A program made the position numbers and the translations under genes. The notes beneath the pieces are model-generated. The model saw only the letters and a program-made list of their open reading frames with translations, was not told the DNA's origin and did not search any database. Source: Methanocaldococcus sp. 16A (GTDB lineage Archaea; AGJL01; Methanococci; Methanococcales; Methanocaldococcaceae). From it: DNA of 64,000 nucleotides. Positions 1-9,644 of this stretch are shown one piece after another (position 1 is the first letter of the stretch; the number at the start of each line of letters is the position of its first letter). The stretch lies in assembly GCA_049860595.1 (NCBI GenBank), contig CP187551.1; one strand, 5' to 3'.

Positions 1-532
1 TGTTTTAGCCGCTGGAGACACTTTCAGAGCTGGAGCTATTGAGCAATTAGAACAACATGCTAAAAATGTTGGAGTTAAGGTTATTAAGCATAAGCAGGGA
101 GCTGATTCTGCAGCAGTTATTTATGATGCTATACAGCATGCAAAAGCGAGAGGAATTGATGTTGTTTTAGCAGATACAGCAGGAAGACAGGCAACAAACA
201 CCAACTTAATGGAGGAAATCAAAAAAGTTGTTAGAGTTACAAAGCCGGATTTGGTTATATTCGTTGGAGATGCCTTAACTGGAAATGATGCTGTATATCA
301 GGCAGAAGAGTTTAATAATGCAGTAAATATTGATGGAATTATCTTAACAAAAGTAGATGCTGATGCTAAAGGAGGAGCAGCTTTATCAATAGGTTATGCT
401 ATTGGAAAACCAATTTTATATTTAGGAGTTGGGCAGAGATATTCAGATTTAATTGAATTTGATGCTGACTGGATGGTTAAAAAATTGTTTGGAGAAGAAG
501 AGTTTGAATTTTCTACTGAAAGAGAATTTTAA
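1..532 (+). CDS. ftsY: Signal recognition particle receptor FtsY, 3' part (5' end outside window)
   Basis: Frame open from position 2 ([16 protein letters not shown]...DTAGRQ...[14 protein letters not shown]...GVGQ): SRP GTPase motifs. Confidence 0.95.
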   Translation, partial: VLAAGDTFRAGAIEQLEQHAKNVGVKVIKHKQGADSAAVIYDAIQHAKARGIDVVLADTAGRQATNTNLMEEIKKVVRVTKPDLVIFVGDALTGNDAVYQAEEFNNAVNIDGIILTKVDADAKGGAALSIGYAIGKPILYLGVGQRYSDLIEFDADWMVKKLFGEEEFEFSTEREF

Positions 533-562
533 TTTTGTATTTTATTATTACACTTTATCTTT

Positions 563-832
563 TTATTCAGAATATTTATCTCTATATGCTGCATTTGCAA
601 TTGCATGAGCTAAGAAGGGTGCTAAAATTAGATAAACAAATGCCAAAAGTGGCTCACCTAAAGCTATAAAAATTAAAAAGCATGCACAATCTATAACACC
701 CAAAATATGTATTCTTGCATAAATGATATTTTTTCTATCTTTTTCTATCCATAATCTATAAGAAGCTAACAAAATACCAAATGAAGCTATAAAAATAAGA
801 ATATCCTTAACAATCCCAATGAATTGTTCCAT
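563..832 (-). CDS. Small membrane protein, MnhG/EhbC-like cation antiporter or energy-converting hydrogenase subunit
   Basis: Three hydrophobic segments; YARIH and AHAIA.AAY motifs typical of the MnhG family; GGTGA RBS before ATG 832. Confidence 0.6.
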   Translation of the reverse strand: MEQFIGIVKDILIFIASFGILLASYRLWIEKDRKNIIYARIHILGVIDCACFLIFIALGEPLLAFVYLILAPFLAHAIANAAYRDKYSE

Positions 833-917
833 AAACATCACCAATTTATAAGGACATTTATAATGATTAATAATGATAAATTAAAAAAAGATTTATTTAT
901 ATGTTTTGGTGAACGAG

Positions 918-1463
918 ATGTTTATCGTGTTTGAAGGTATAGATGGATGTGGAAAAACAACACAATCAAAGATTTTAGCTGAAAAGTTAAATGCATTTTG
1001 GACCTATGAGCCATCAAACAGTGAGGTAGGTAGATTTATAAGAGAAATTTTATCTGGAAAAATAAAGGTAGATGATAAAACCTTAGCTTTATTATTTGCG
1101 GCTGATAGAGTAGAGCACACCAAATTAATAAAAGAAGAGCTAAAAAGAAGAGATGTAGTTTGTGATAGGTATTTGTATTCTTCAATCGCATATCAAAGTG
1201 TAGCAGGAGTTGATGAGGACTTTATAAAATCAATAAATAGATATGCTTTAAAGCCAGATATTGTTTTTTTGTTAGTTGTGGATATTGAAACTGCATTAAA
1301 GAGGGTTAAAACAAAAGATATATTTGAAAAAAAAGAGTTTTTAGAAAATGTACAGAATAAGTATTTAGAGTTAGCTGAAGAAAACAACTTTATAGTTATC
1401 GATACTACAAATAAGTCAATAAATGAGACTCATGAAGAAATTTTAAGTTATCTAAAAAGATAA
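918..1463 (+). CDS. tmk: Thymidylate kinase
   Basis: FEGIDGCGKTTQ P-loop; DRYLYSSIAYQ motif. Confidence 0.95.
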   Translation: MFIVFEGIDGCGKTTQSKILAEKLNAFWTYEPSNSEVGRFIREILSGKIKVDDKTLALLFAADRVEHTKLIKEELKRRDVVCDRYLYSSIAYQSVAGVDEDFIKSINRYALKPDIVFLLVVDIETALKRVKTKDIFEKKEFLENVQNKYLELAEENNFIVIDTTNKSINETHEEILSYLKR

Positions 1464-1543
1464 TATATAACAAAATATAAAAAAGTATATAAATTATAAT
1501 ACTGAATTGAGTTATTTGTTAGATAGACTTGTAGGTGGGGATT

Positions 1544-2128
1544 ATGGAAATTACATATAACATTCCTGTTTCAGAGGTTATGAGTTTTCCCGTAATTACA
1601 GCTACAAAGGACATGACAATCTATGATGTAGCAAATATAATGTCTGAAAAAAACATTGGAGCTGTTGTTGTTGTAGAGGGTAATAAGCCTGTTGGCATAT
1701 TGACAGAAAGAGATATTGTAAAAAGAGTAGTTTCAAAAAATTTAAAGCCAAAGGATGTTTTAGTAGAGGAAGTGATGAGCAAAAAGATAATTACAATCCC
1801 TCAAAATGTTTCAATTACTGAAGCGGCTAAAATAATGGCAACTCACGGAATTAAAAGATTGCCAGTTGTAAAAGATGGGGAATTGGTAGGGATAATTACT
1901 CAAAGTGACATAGTTAAAGTTTCACCAGAGTTGTTAGAAATAGCTGCAGAATATGCATCAATAAAACCAGAAGAAAAAGATGTTATTCCATTAGACACTG
2001 ATGAGTTTACAGAAGAATACATAAATGGAATATGTGAAAATTGTGGATATCAGGGAAGAGTTAGGTTATATCATGGAAGATACTTATGTGATGAGTGTAT
2101 AGAAGAATTTGAAGAAAATGAAGAATAA
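1544..2128 (+). CDS. CBS-pair protein with C-terminal Cys4 zinc ribbon
   Basis: Two CBS domains (GILTERDI, GIITQSDI); CENC...CDEC tail. Confidence 0.85.
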   Translation: MEITYNIPVSEVMSFPVITATKDMTIYDVANIMSEKNIGAVVVVEGNKPVGILTERDIVKRVVSKNLKPKDVLVEEVMSKKIITIPQNVSITEAAKIMATHGIKRLPVVKDGELVGIITQSDIVKVSPELLEIAAEYASIKPEEKDVIPLDTDEFTEEYINGICENCGYQGRVRLYHGRYLCDECIEEFEENEE

Positions 2129-2137
2129 ATATGCTAC

Positions 2138-3046
2138 TCATTCATGAGCAATTCCAATAATATCCTTCAATGTTAAATTTTCCTCTTTTAAAAAGCTAAT
2201 TATCTCATCACAAACTTTTTTGAATATATCATATCCTCTATAATAAACTCCACTTCCTATTTGAACAGCTGAAGCTCCAGCCATCATATATTCAATAGCA
2301 TCATCTCCATTCATTATTCCTCCAACACCTATTATAGGAATATCAAAATTTTCATACAAATCCCAAACAACTTTTATACCTATTGGTTTTATTGCTCTTC
2401 CACTTAAACCACCAAACTTATTTCCTAAAATTGGTTTTTTTGCTCTAATATCTATTGCCATTCCTCTAACTGTGTTTATAGCTACAAGTCCATCAACTCC
2501 AGCATCTACAACTGCCTGAGCTATTTCAACAATATCTGTAACATTTGGTGTTAATTTAGCAAAAACTGGAATTTTTACTGATTTTTTTACTGCCTTACAA
2601 ACACTGTAAGATAAATCTGGATTCTGCCCAATTGTGGCTCCATAACCCTTAGCATGAGGGCAGGAAATATTTAGCTCAATAATATCAACATATTTCTCCA
2701 TCTTCTTAGCTACTTCAGCAAACTCCTCCTCATTCTTTCCATAAACTGAGCCAATAATTCTGACATCCATTCTATTTAATTCATCTCTAATTCTCTCTAT
2801 TTCCTCCAAATACTCATCAACTCCAGGATTTGGCAATCCCATAGCATTTAAAAATCCACCATAAACCTCTACAATAGTTGGATTTCTATGTCCAGGATTT
2901 GGATTTAAACCAATAGATTTTGTTGTTACAGCTCCTGCCCCACCTTTAGCAATTCTTTTTAATGCACTTCCAGTCTCTCCCATTATCCCGCTTGCTAAAA
3001 AAACAGGATTTTTGAACTCTATTCCACATAAATTTGTTCTCAGCAT
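2138..3046 (-). CDS. pyrD: Dihydroorotate dehydrogenase, catalytic subunit (family 1)
   Basis: KNPVFLASG, NAMGLPNPG, ELNISCPH, KLTPN, GGLSG motifs. Confidence 0.95.
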   Translation of the reverse strand: MLRTNLCGIEFKNPVFLASGIMGETGSALKRIAKGGAGAVTTKSIGLNPNPGHRNPTIVEVYGGFLNAMGLPNPGVDEYLEEIERIRDELNRMDVRIIGSVYGKNEEEFAEVAKKMEKYVDIIELNISCPHAKGYGATIGQNPDLSYSVCKAVKKSVKIPVFAKLTPNVTDIVEIAQAVVDAGVDGLVAINTVRGMAIDIRAKKPILGNKFGGLSGRAIKPIGIKVVWDLYENFDIPIIGVGGIMNGDDAIEYMMAGASAVQIGSGVYYRGYDIFKKVCDEIISFLKEENLTLKDIIGIAHE

Positions 3047-3244
3047 ATATTCACCCAACCAAAAGTTTTAAATACTAATTCTTATGGTATAATGATATTA
3101 AATTTTTGATGGCAAATTGTAGTTTCTATAGTGAGAATAAACTAAAACATTATTATAGTTTTAAAAATATACTGCGATTTTTTGTAATGATAAAACAGCC
3201 AATTCTAATACTATCAAAATTCAATATTAAAAGGTGAGCTAAAC

Positions 3245-3517
3245 ATGCCAGCACCAAGATACAGGTCAAGGTCATATAGAAGAATATATAGAAGAACACC
3301 AGGAGGAAGAATAGTTATCCATTATAAGAGAAGAAAACCAAACAAAGCAAAATGTGCTGTATGTGGAGCTGAATTACACGGAGTTCCAAGAGGAAGACCA
3401 GTTGAGATAAGAAAATTACCAAAATCACAGAGAAGACCTGAGAGACCTTATGGAGGCTACTTATGCCCAAGATGCTTAAAGAGATTAATGATTCAGAAAG
3501 CAAGAAACTTAAAGTAA
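3245..3517 (+). CDS. rpl34e: 50S ribosomal protein L34e
   Basis: [18 protein letters not shown] motifs. Confidence 0.97.
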   Translation: MPAPRYRSRSYRRIYRRTPGGRIVIHYKRRKPNKAKCAVCGAELHGVPRGRPVEIRKLPKSQRRPERPYGGYLCPRCLKRLMIQKARNLK

Positions 3518-3580
3518 TTTCAAAAAATTTATATAATAAAAAATTGTATAATGGTTAATCCATTTTGGATGGGTGAATAA

Positions 3581-4126
3581 ATGATAATCACTATTGGGGG
3601 GCTACCAGGGACAGGGACTACAACAATTGCAAAGATGATAGCAGAGAAATACAACCTTAAACATGTATGTGCAGGATTTATTTTTAGAGAGATGGCAAAA
3701 GAAATGGGCATGGATTTGCAAGAATTTAGTAAATATGCAGAACAGCACAAAGAAGTTGATGAAGAGATTGATAGAAGACAAGTAGAAATAGCAAAGCAGG
3801 GAAATGTTGTATTAGAAGGTAGATTGGCAGCATGGATGCTTTTAAAAAATGGAATTAAGCCAGATTTGACAATCTGGTTTAAAGCCCCCCTTGAAGTTAG
3901 AGCTGAAAGAATTAGCATGAGAGAAAGTGTAGATAAAGAAATTGCTTTAAAAAAGATGATTGAAAGAGAAGCTAGTGAGAAAAAAAGATATAAAGAAATT
4001 TATAATATAGATTTAGATGACTTATCCATTTACGATTTAGTTATTGATACTTCAAAATGGAACGTGGAGGGAGTGTTTAATATTGTCTCCTCTGCCATCG
4101 ATAATTTAGCCAAAAAACAAATTTAA
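3581..4126 (+). CDS. cmk: Cytidylate kinase (archaeal type)
   Basis: [10 protein letters not shown]-loop, EGRLAAW; conserved rpl34e-cmk-rpl14e order. Confidence 0.93.
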   Translation: MIITIGGLPGTGTTTIAKMIAEKYNLKHVCAGFIFREMAKEMGMDLQEFSKYAEQHKEVDEEIDRRQVEIAKQGNVVLEGRLAAWMLLKNGIKPDLTIWFKAPLEVRAERISMRESVDKEIALKKMIEREASEKKRYKEIYNIDLDDLSIYDLVIDTSKWNVEGVFNIVSSAIDNLAKKQI

Positions 4127-4211
4127 AGAGAGGGGGCGATATTAAACCTCCCTCATTGGAGGATGAGTTGTGATTCGCGAGAGTCACAACAACAAAAATG
4201 AGGTGAGGTAA

Positions 4212-4454
4212 ATGCCAGCTATTGAAGTAGGAAGAGTCTGTATAAAAACAGCAGGAAGAGAAGCAGGAAAAGTTTGTGTTATCGTAGATATCTTAGACAA
4301 AAACTTTGTTATAGTTGATGGATTAGTTAAGAGAAGAAGATGCAATATAAAACACTTAGAACCTACAGAGAAAAAAGTTGATATTAAGCCAGGAGCTTCA
4401 ACAGAAGAAGTTAAATTAGCTTTAGATGCTGCTGGATTGTTAAAAGAAGAATAA
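4212..4454 (+). CDS. rpl14e: 50S ribosomal protein L14e
   Basis: [29 protein letters not shown]. Confidence 0.97.
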   Translation: MPAIEVGRVCIKTAGREAGKVCVIVDILDKNFVIVDGLVKRRRCNIKHLEPTEKKVDIKPGASTEEVKLALDAAGLLKEE

Positions 4455-4578
4455 ATCCATTTCTTTTCTTTTTTATTTATTGAATATAATATTGATTAAT
4501 GTAAATTAATAAATATAAAATTCTTAAATAATATGGAATCAAAAATTATAATAATATAATTTTTTTAGGTGGGCTTTT

Positions 4579-5532
4579 ATGCTATTCAATATCTTTAAAA
4601 AATCTAAAAAGAGATTGGATGAATTTTTAGATGAAAATAAAGACAAAGTTTTAACATTAGAGTTAAATAGCAAAGTTGATTGTTTATGTGACTTCACTTA
4701 CAACTTTATATGGCAAAGTAAATTTAATCCAGAAACCAAAATAAAAGATAATATCTCCTTCAAAACCCTTGTAGAGCATTTAAAAAATGGTGGCATAATA
4801 TATATAAAAGGAGATGTAGGGAAAAGATTCTGCTCTTCCATGGGTGTTGATTTAAAATATTTTGGTGGAAGTGGGGGAAGGATAAAAGTAGGAACAGTTA
4901 TTGTGGATGGAGATGTTGATACAAGATTTGGAATAAGTATGTTATCTGGAACTGTCTATATCAATGAGAAAAATAATATAAAAGAACCTATGGGGAATAT
5001 TATTGAAGTTGAGAGTGATATAAAAGGTTATAGAAAATTCATATCCATAACAGAGTTTGTTGAATATAGATATAGAGATGAAAAACTCTTAAAGCCAAAT
5101 AAATTTGATAAAAATAAAGGAATTTTAGAAATTAATGATAAAATAAAAAGAGATACTGTTGGAGCAAGATTGAATGAAGATAAAACAATAGTAGTTAATG
5201 GAGATGTTGATTTATCCACAGGAATTTTAATGAAAAATGGTAAAGTTATTGTAAATGGAAATGCTGGAAAAAATACTGGAGCTGTATTAAATGGTGGAAC
5301 TGTTATAATTAATGGAGATACTAATGACTTCACTGGTTTTGAAATGAAAAATGGAGTAATAGTTGTTGATGGATATGCTGGAAAGTATTTGGGTGCCAAA
5401 AAGAAAGGTGGAATTATATATGCAAGAGATGGAAAAGAAGTTCCTCCAACAAAAAAATATGACTTAGATCGAGAGGATATTAAATTCTTAAAAAGTTTAG
5501 GTTATACAGGAAAGTTTTACAAATTTGTATAA
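4579..5532 (+). CDS. GXGXG beta-helix protein, FwdC/FmdC (formylmethanofuran dehydrogenase subunit C)-related
   Basis: Repeated G.M..G.I.V.G.AG units. Confidence 0.75.
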   Translation: MLFNIFKKSKKRLDEFLDENKDKVLTLELNSKVDCLCDFTYNFIWQSKFNPETKIKDNISFKTLVEHLKNGGIIYIKGDVGKRFCSSMGVDLKYFGGSGGRIKVGTVIVDGDVDTRFGISMLSGTVYINEKNNIKEPMGNIIEVESDIKGYRKFISITEFVEYRYRDEKLLKPNKFDKNKGILEINDKIKRDTVGARLNEDKTIVVNGDVDLSTGILMKNGKVIVNGNAGKNTGAVLNGGTVIINGDTNDFTGFEMKNGVIVVDGYAGKYLGAKKKGGIIYARDGKEVPPTKKYDLDREDIKFLKSLGYTGKFYKFV

Positions 5533-5602
5533 ATTCTTTAAATTCCTCTAAATGTAGTAAAAAGAGTATTAAAAGGTTTAGCTAAACCTTAATATTTGTG
5601 TT

Positions 5603-5836
5603 TTAAATTTTCTCTGCAAATGCAAACTTGCTTTTTACAGCTGTTATTCTTATATCAACTTTATCTCCTTTTTGTGTTTCAGGGACGAAGACAACAAATC
5701 CTTCAACTCTTGCTATTCCGTCTCCGCCTCTACCCATATCTTCAATTGTAACACTGTAGGTTTCGCCTTCTTTAACTGGAACATTTCTTCTAATTTCATT
5801 ATTTCTTACAGTTCTTCTTCCTTTATTATTAAACAT
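5603..5836 (-). CDS. Single-TRAM-domain RNA-binding protein
   Basis: [33 protein letters not shown] motif. Confidence 0.92.
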   Translation of the reverse strand: MFNNKGRRTVRNNEIRRNVPVKEGETYSVTIEDMGRGGDGIARVEGFVVFVPETQKGDKVDIRITAVKSKFAFAEKI

Positions 5837-5973
5837 TCAATTCACCAAATTTCAAAGATAGTATTTAGATATTTCATCGCATTTCGCTCAATATCAATGT
5901 TGTCAAAAGGGGTATAAATACTTATGGATGTGTAAATATTTTTATATTTTTACACAACTATAAATAAAAACTA

Positions 5974-6504
5974 CTACTCTCTCTTTTTCCTATATTTTAG
6001 AGATACTTCCAATAACCTCTCTTTAGCCTTTTTAAACTCTTCTTCATCAACACTTTCCTCAAATCCTAAATACTTCAAAACAAGCTCAGCGTATTTAAAA
6101 TATTCCTCATCAACTCTATCCTCTCCCAAATAAAGCCCTCTACAATTCCTCAAAAACCATATATCATAGGTTAATGTTAATCTCCCATTCCTAAGTTGAA
6201 CAGAATATGGTCTAAGCCTACAAATTAAAGGTCTGGCTTCATAAATTTTACATTTTTTGGTTTTTTTGTCTAAAAATATACATTTTCCTCCAACCTCTTT
6301 AAGTTCTCCAATATATCCATTAAAAAATCCAACATATTTTTTAAAAACTTCAGAAAGAGGAATTTTTAAATATCCCGCTATTTTTGCTAAATCCTTTTTT
6401 GTAACTGTTGGTGCATCACAACAAAACCCACATTTTATGCAATGATAAGCTATTCCTCCCAAATAAATATCAAACTTTATTTTGTTTTTCTTATTATTTT
6501 TCAT
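5974..6504 (-). CDS. YkgJ-family cysteine-cluster (Fe-S/Zn) protein
   Basis: CIKCGFCC...CIFLD...CKIYEARPLICRLRP. Confidence 0.88.
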   Translation of the reverse strand: MKNNKKNKIKFDIYLGGIAYHCIKCGFCCDAPTVTKKDLAKIAGYLKIPLSEVFKKYVGFFNGYIGELKEVGGKCIFLDKKTKKCKIYEARPLICRLRPYSVQLRNGRLTLTYDIWFLRNCRGLYLGEDRVDEEYFKYAELVLKYLGFEESVDEEEFKKAKERLLEVSLKYRKKRE

Positions 6505-7204
6505 GGTTATCACACTTTCCACATAAGATACATGGCTTTATATGTCCAGCTAAAAAATCTAATGCTTTACTAATCTCTAAATGAATAGTTTTAGGGAATT
6601 TATATATAGCATAGCCATATAAAATTCCTGTAATAACATCAACAATCCAGTGCATTCCCATAATTAATGTAGAAATTGGAATTAAAACTGCTAATGCAAA
6701 GTAAATATAATTTAAAAATTTTTCATCTTTAAAATGTAGTGCCAATAAAAGAGAATATGCAGTGTGTAATGAAGGAATTTCATAAGTGGGCTTTGTAAAT
6801 ATCCAAAAAAAATTACTATTTATTAAATCCTTAGTAACACCCACTTGAAATGGTGATTGAACAACAATAATAGTGTATATCAAACCTGCAAATAGCCATC
6901 CTAAAGCTAAATCAACTAAAATAATGTCACTCTTTAAAAAATTTTTCTTTATAAATAAATAATAAGCAATACCTCCAACAATCATAAAAGAGAAGCCATA
7001 TAAATAAATAATTTTAAAAAACTCAATAATAATGGATGGTAATGACTGCAAAACCATGTAAAATTCCTTATTACATAGAGGGAGTTTTAATAACAAATTA
7101 GTTGCATCAATTGGCTCTATAATTTGAGAATACCACATCAATCCCCCCCACATAATATAAGCGATAGGATAAACTGCTAATCTAACTAAAATTCTCTTAT
7201 CCAC
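6494..7204 (-). CDS. PAP2-superfamily membrane phosphatase/phosphotransferase
   Basis: PSLH and STLIMGMHWIVDVITG motifs; multiple TM segments; GTG start after GGTGA. Confidence 0.8.
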   Translation of the reverse strand: MDKRILVRLAVYPIAYIMWGGLMWYSQIIEPIDATNLLLKLPLCNKEFYMVLQSLPSIIIEFFKIIYLYGFSFMIVGGIAYYLFIKKNFLKSDIILVDLALGWLFAGLIYTIIVVQSPFQVGVTKDLINSNFFWIFTKPTYEIPSLHTAYSLLLALHFKDEKFLNYIYFALAVLIPISTLIMGMHWIVDVITGILYGYAIYKFPKTIHLEISKALDFLAGHIKPCILCGKCDNHEK

Positions 7205-7239
7205 ACTATCACCAATTTTCAAGTATATGAGGTGAGATT

Positions 7240-8715
7240 ATTAAATTCTTAGAAGCAATTACTGATTTTTTAGAGAAAAATGTAAAAACCATATTTTCCT
7301 ATCCAGGAGAGCAAATATTGCCGTTGTATAATGAAATAGAGAGTAGCAATATAAAAAATATTACGGTTAGAGATGAGAGAGGAGCTGGCTTCATGGCTGA
7401 TGGTTATGCAAGAATAACCAACTATATAGGAGTTTGCTTAGTAACTGCTGGTCCTGGAAGCACAAATTTAACAACACCAATAGCTAATGCATATAAAGAT
7501 AACTCCTCAGTATTGGCAATTACTGGAAGATGCCAAAGAAAATATATTGGAAAAAATTACTTCCAAGAAATAAATATGGACTTTTTAAATTTCTATAAAG
7601 GTTATTTTGTTGATAATGCAGATATAAACTATATTGTTGATGCATTTAATGACTGCTTAACTAATAAAAAACCTGTTCAGCTAAATATTCCAGTTGATTT
7701 ATACAAAGAAGAAACAAAAGATATAAATACAAATGCATATATAGATATAAATAAAGACGATAATGAAGATACATTAAATAATATAAAAGAGATTAATGCC
7801 AAAAAACCACTATTTTTAATTGGGCAGGGGATATTTGGAACTTTAAGTTATAAAGAAATGTTAAAAATATCAAAAATATTAAAAAAAGTAAATTGTCCTA
7901 TAACCACAACATTTCCTGCAAGAGGAGTAATTGATGAAAGAGATGATAACTGTATTGGTTTAGTTGGTAGGAGAGGAGATTTAAAATCTTTATTAGAGGC
8001 AGATAAGATAATAAATATTGGTTCTTCATTATCTTACAATACCTATGTAGAGAGTGTTAGGGAAAAACTTTTAAGTAAAACCTTAACTATAAATCTGAAA
8101 CCAAAAAATATCAAAGAGTTAAAAGAATTTTTTGATAATTTGAGTGTAGAAAATAACAATTGTATAAATGAAAATAGCAACAAATTTTCTCCTCGTGGAG
8201 ATTATTCAAGTAAAATTAATGAAATTATTAAAAATATTCCAGAAGATTCTATAATAGTTACAGACGCAGGCAAACATACTGTATTTACATGTTTATTAAA
8301 AACCTGTGTAGTTCCAAGAAATATAATCTCTTCACACTCATTTGGAGCTATGGGCTTTGGTTTGCCTGCAACTATTGGAGTTAAATTTGGGGCTATTGAT
8401 TTTAACATTGATAGAGAAGTTGTATTAATTAGTGGGGATGGAGGATTTTTAATGAATATAGAGGAGCTTCAAGTAGTTTCTGAATATAATTTAAAAATCT
8501 TAATGGTTGTATTTAAAAATAACAGCTTGGCTGAGTTTTGTAAAATAAAGAATCCTAACTTTAACAAAATAGCCGATGCCTTTGGAATTGATAACTGTTA
8601 CATTGAAAAAGCTGATGAAATTAGCCCAACAATTAAAGATTATCTAAAAAAGGATAAACCTTTGTTAATGGTTGTTGAGACAGAAAACGAGCCATTACCA
8701 AAACCAAATATATAA
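7240..8715 (+). CDS. ThDP-dependent enzyme, acetolactate synthase large-subunit-like (function uncertain); probable ATT start
   Basis: FSYPGEQILP, DERGAGFMADGYAR, GPGSTN, GAMGFGLP, GDGGF motifs; conserved N-terminus lies upstream of the ORF-track TTG at 7318. Confidence 0.8.
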   Translation: MKFLEAITDFLEKNVKTIFSYPGEQILPLYNEIESSNIKNITVRDERGAGFMADGYARITNYIGVCLVTAGPGSTNLTTPIANAYKDNSSVLAITGRCQRKYIGKNYFQEINMDFLNFYKGYFVDNADINYIVDAFNDCLTNKKPVQLNIPVDLYKEETKDINTNAYIDINKDDNEDTLNNIKEINAKKPLFLIGQGIFGTLSYKEMLKISKILKKVNCPITTTFPARGVIDERDDNCIGLVGRRGDLKSLLEADKIINIGSSLSYNTYVESVREKLLSKTLTINLKPKNIKELKEFFDNLSVENNNCINENSNKFSPRGDYSSKINEIIKNIPEDSIIVTDAGKHTVFTCLLKTCVVPRNIISSHSFGAMGFGLPATIGVKFGAIDFNIDREVVLISGDGGFLMNIEELQVVSEYNLKILMVVFKNNSLAEFCKIKNPNFNKIADAFGIDNCYIEKADEISPTIKDYLKKDKPLLMVVETENEPLPKPNI

Positions 8716-8766
8716 TTGATAATTTAGCATATATGGTTTTAAAAATTTAAATTTTGGAGGGATAGT

Positions 8767-9642
8767 ATGGAAGAAACTTTAAATGAGCTATTTAAAATTT
8801 TATCGAAAGATTTACACTTTAATGCTACTAAATTAAACTCTGAAACTTATGAACAAAATTGGAAAGTTCCAGAAGGATTTATTTCAATAATAGGACTTGA
8901 AAATGCTAAAATGCCTGTATTTTATTATGGAATAACAAACACATATAAAAAAGAGTTTGAAATTAAAAAAATAGTTACACCAAAAGGGCAAAAACAAGTT
9001 TTTTCAAGAATCTACTATATTTTTGATAGAAGAGATATTATTGAAAAAGAAAAATATGTTGTTGCAAATGCCTTTAATGGGCTCTTATTAGTTATAGAAT
9101 TTAATAAAACAGAGTTTATTGAGAAAGCTATTGATATGCTAACAAAAGGTTATGAAGAAGATGAATTCATTAGAGAAGTTATTAATAATATAAAAGAAAA
9201 GAATATGTTTGACACTATTGAAGAAACCATAAGATTTATAGCCAATAGAGATTACAATTGGTTAATTGGGAGAATAAAATACAATATGGGAATTTTAGAA
9301 TATTCTGGGCAAGGTTACTATTTACTTCCAATAAAAACAAATATGCAAATAACTCCAGGAATAAAAATCAATAATGGGAAAGTTATAATCGATTTAGAAA
9401 ATTCTCATCTATTTAAAAACTTCATTGTATATGTTGATACTATAAACAATAAAATAATTTACAACAAAGAGAGACTATGTAACAAAAATCCTGCCATATT
9501 GGATATAATGTCAAAGATAGATGATAACACCTGCCCATGGTGTGGAGCTAAGTTGAGAGTGGTTAGAACAAGAAAAGGAGAGTTTTTAGGATGTACAAAT
9601 TATCCAAAGTGTTTGTATAGGAGATTTCCAAAAAAACAATAA
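8767..9642 (+). CDS. Uncharacterized protein with C-terminal topoisomerase-type C4 zinc ribbon
   Basis: CPWCG...GEFLGCTNYPKC. Confidence 0.75.
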   Translation: MEETLNELFKILSKDLHFNATKLNSETYEQNWKVPEGFISIIGLENAKMPVFYYGITNTYKKEFEIKKIVTPKGQKQVFSRIYYIFDRRDIIEKEKYVVANAFNGLLLVIEFNKTEFIEKAIDMLTKGYEEDEFIREVINNIKEKNMFDTIEETIRFIANRDYNWLIGRIKYNMGILEYSGQGYYLLPIKTNMQITPGIKINNGKVIIDLENSHLFKNFIVYVDTINNKIIYNKERLCNKNPAILDIMSKIDDNTCPWCGAKLRVVRTRKGEFLGCTNYPKCLYRRFPKKQ

Positions 9643-9644
9643 AA

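Noticed and set aside
7228-7230. In-frame TGA read as selenocysteine to extend the ThDP-enzyme N-terminus
   Set aside because: The TGA is part of the RBS, lies upstream of the family's expected N-terminus, and no SECIS-like hairpin was seen after the gene.
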